DNA of 64,000 nucleotides, taken from contig JAKABB010000001.1 in assembly GCA_021802045.1 (NCBI GenBank), positions 7,072 to 71,071 on the forward strand, given 5' to 3'. Below the pieces are notes generated by a model. The model did no database searches, was not told the origin of the DNA, and worked only from the letters and a program-made list of their open reading frames with translations. The DNA is from a bacterium (GTDB taxonomy: Bacteria; Chloroflexota; Dormibacteria; Aeolococcales; Bog-877). Positions 63,171 to 64,000 of this stretch are shown here, piece after piece (position 1 is the stretch's first letter; every line of letters begins with the position of its first letter). The position numbers and the translations under genes were made by a program.

Positions 63171-64000
63171 GTGACCGGAAGCGGAGCGGAGCGGTTGACG
63201 ATGTATGGCGCGCCCTGGTGCCCCGATTGCCGCCGGGCGAAGCAGTTCCTCGCCGAGCATCGCGTCGAGTACCGCTGGGTCAACGTCGACGACGACGGCG
63301 AGGCGCTGCGGACCATTGAGGCGCTCCAGAACGGCGGCCACACCATCCCCACGATCGTCTTCCCGGACCAGAGCGTGCTCTTGGAGCCGACCAACGAGGC
63401 TCTGGCGCAGAAGCTCGGGCTGCGGCTCCAGGCTGAGCGTGCCTTCTACGATCTGGTCATCGTCGGGGGAGGGCCCGCTGGCCTGGCGGCGGCGATCTAC
63501 GCCGCCCGGGAGGGGATCGCGGTGCTGGTCGTGGACCGCAGCGCACTCGGCGGCCAGGCGGGCGTGACCGAGCGCATCGACAACTACCCGGGGTTTCCCG
63601 AGGGTATCGGTGGCGCCGAGCTGGCGCGGCGATTCGTGGCCCAGGCCGACCGCTACCAGGTCGAGAGCCTGGGGGCGGTCGAGGTCACCGCCCTGGCCCG
63701 GGAGATGGATGATGTCGCCCTCACCTTCGGCACCGGGCAGCAGGTGGGGGCACACGCCGTGCTCCTGGCCCCGGGCTCGTCCTACCGCCGGCTGGGCGTC
63801 CCGGGGGAGGAGGACCTGATCGGGGCGGGGGTGCATTTCTGTGCCACCTGCGACGGGCCCTTCTACCGCGGCGCGGATGAACTGCTGGTGGTGGGAGGCG
63901 GCAACTCCGGGCTCGAGGAGGGCTTGTTCCTCAGCCAGTTCGCCAAGAAGGTCCGGGTGGTGCAGCGGGACGATCGGCTGACCGCCTCCAGCCTCCTCCA
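63171..64000 (+). CDS. Glutaredoxin/NrdH-like domain fused to thioredoxin-disulfide reductase; 3' end lies outside the window
   Basis: This ORF is not in the track because it is open to the window end. The GTG at 63171 follows GAGGAGGA. Translation gives MYGAPWCPDCRRAKQFL...IPTIVF (Trx-fold CPDC), then YDLVIVGGGPAGLAAAIYAARE, the redox site HFCATCDG and VVGGGNSGLEE. Confidence 0.85.
   Translation, partial: MTGSGAERLTMYGAPWCPDCRRAKQFLAEHRVEYRWVNVDDDGEALRTIEALQNGGHTIPTIVFPDQSVLLEPTNEALAQKLGLRLQAERAFYDLVIVGGGPAGLAAAIYAAREGIAVLVVDRSALGGQAGVTERIDNYPGFPEGIGGAELARRFVAQADRYQVESLGAVEVTALAREMDDVALTFGTGQQVGAHAVLLAPGSSYRRLGVPGEEDLIGAGVHFCATCDGPFYRGADELLVVGGGNSGLEEGLFLSQFAKKVRVVQRDDRLTASSLL

Overview
This is a 64-kb bacterial chromosomal segment, about 70% GC by eye and almost fully coding. 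I could not recognise any rRNA, CRISPR array, transposase, integrase or prophage gene.

Content from left to right:
- the 3' end of a GH15 glycosidase and a DUF3090 gene;
- a ~1.1-kb divergent regulatory/ORF-free region;
- a haem-copper oxidase operon (CoxII-like cupredoxin, ctaC, ctaD, ctaE, ctaG, ctaB);
- tadA plus two tRNA-Ser on the minus strand, then tRNA-His;
- rpsO-pnp-asd-udg-rnj and a PBP5-type carboxypeptidase;
- ftsK-yajQ-cinA(PncC domain)-recA-rny;
- a membrane HD-GYP phosphodiesterase and an MFS transporter;
- spoVS-miaB-mutS-mutL-miaA-hflX-psiE, then lexA on the minus strand;
- glpK-glpABC followed by pgsA, an epimerase, plsC and a GT4 gene;
- a GDE-type debranching enzyme;
- a LysM gene behind SOS boxes, followed by a beta-lactamase-fold hydrolase and a Nudix;
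- the GlgE alpha-glucan operon glgE-treS-pep2-glgB (+MFS) on the minus strand;
- an APC permease and the 5' part of a glutaredoxin-like::thioredoxin-reductase fusion.

Gene order around recA/rny/spoVS/mutSL/miaA/hflX/lexA is Firmicutes-like despite the very high GC. This suggests a high-GC Terrabacteria lineage, which cannot be resolved from the sequence alone.

No obvious self-contained novel system (defence, toxin-antitoxin, biosynthetic cluster) is visible. The strongest leads are:
1. a ChiZ/YneA-like LysM membrane protein whose promoter carries two LexA-type boxes, unlinked from lexA and followed by a serine hydrolase and a Nudix;
2. a family-4 UDG ending in a beta-clamp-type QLGLF motif;
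3. a degenerate CuA cupredoxin paralog heading the oxidase operon, plus a CoxI with two extra N-terminal helices;
4. a perfect 2x20-bp tandem repeat abutting a -35 box;
5. a glycerol-to-glycerolipid gene string;
6. several ORF-free GC-rich stretches of unknown function.

Many very long antisense ORFs in the track are GC artefacts and were rejected.
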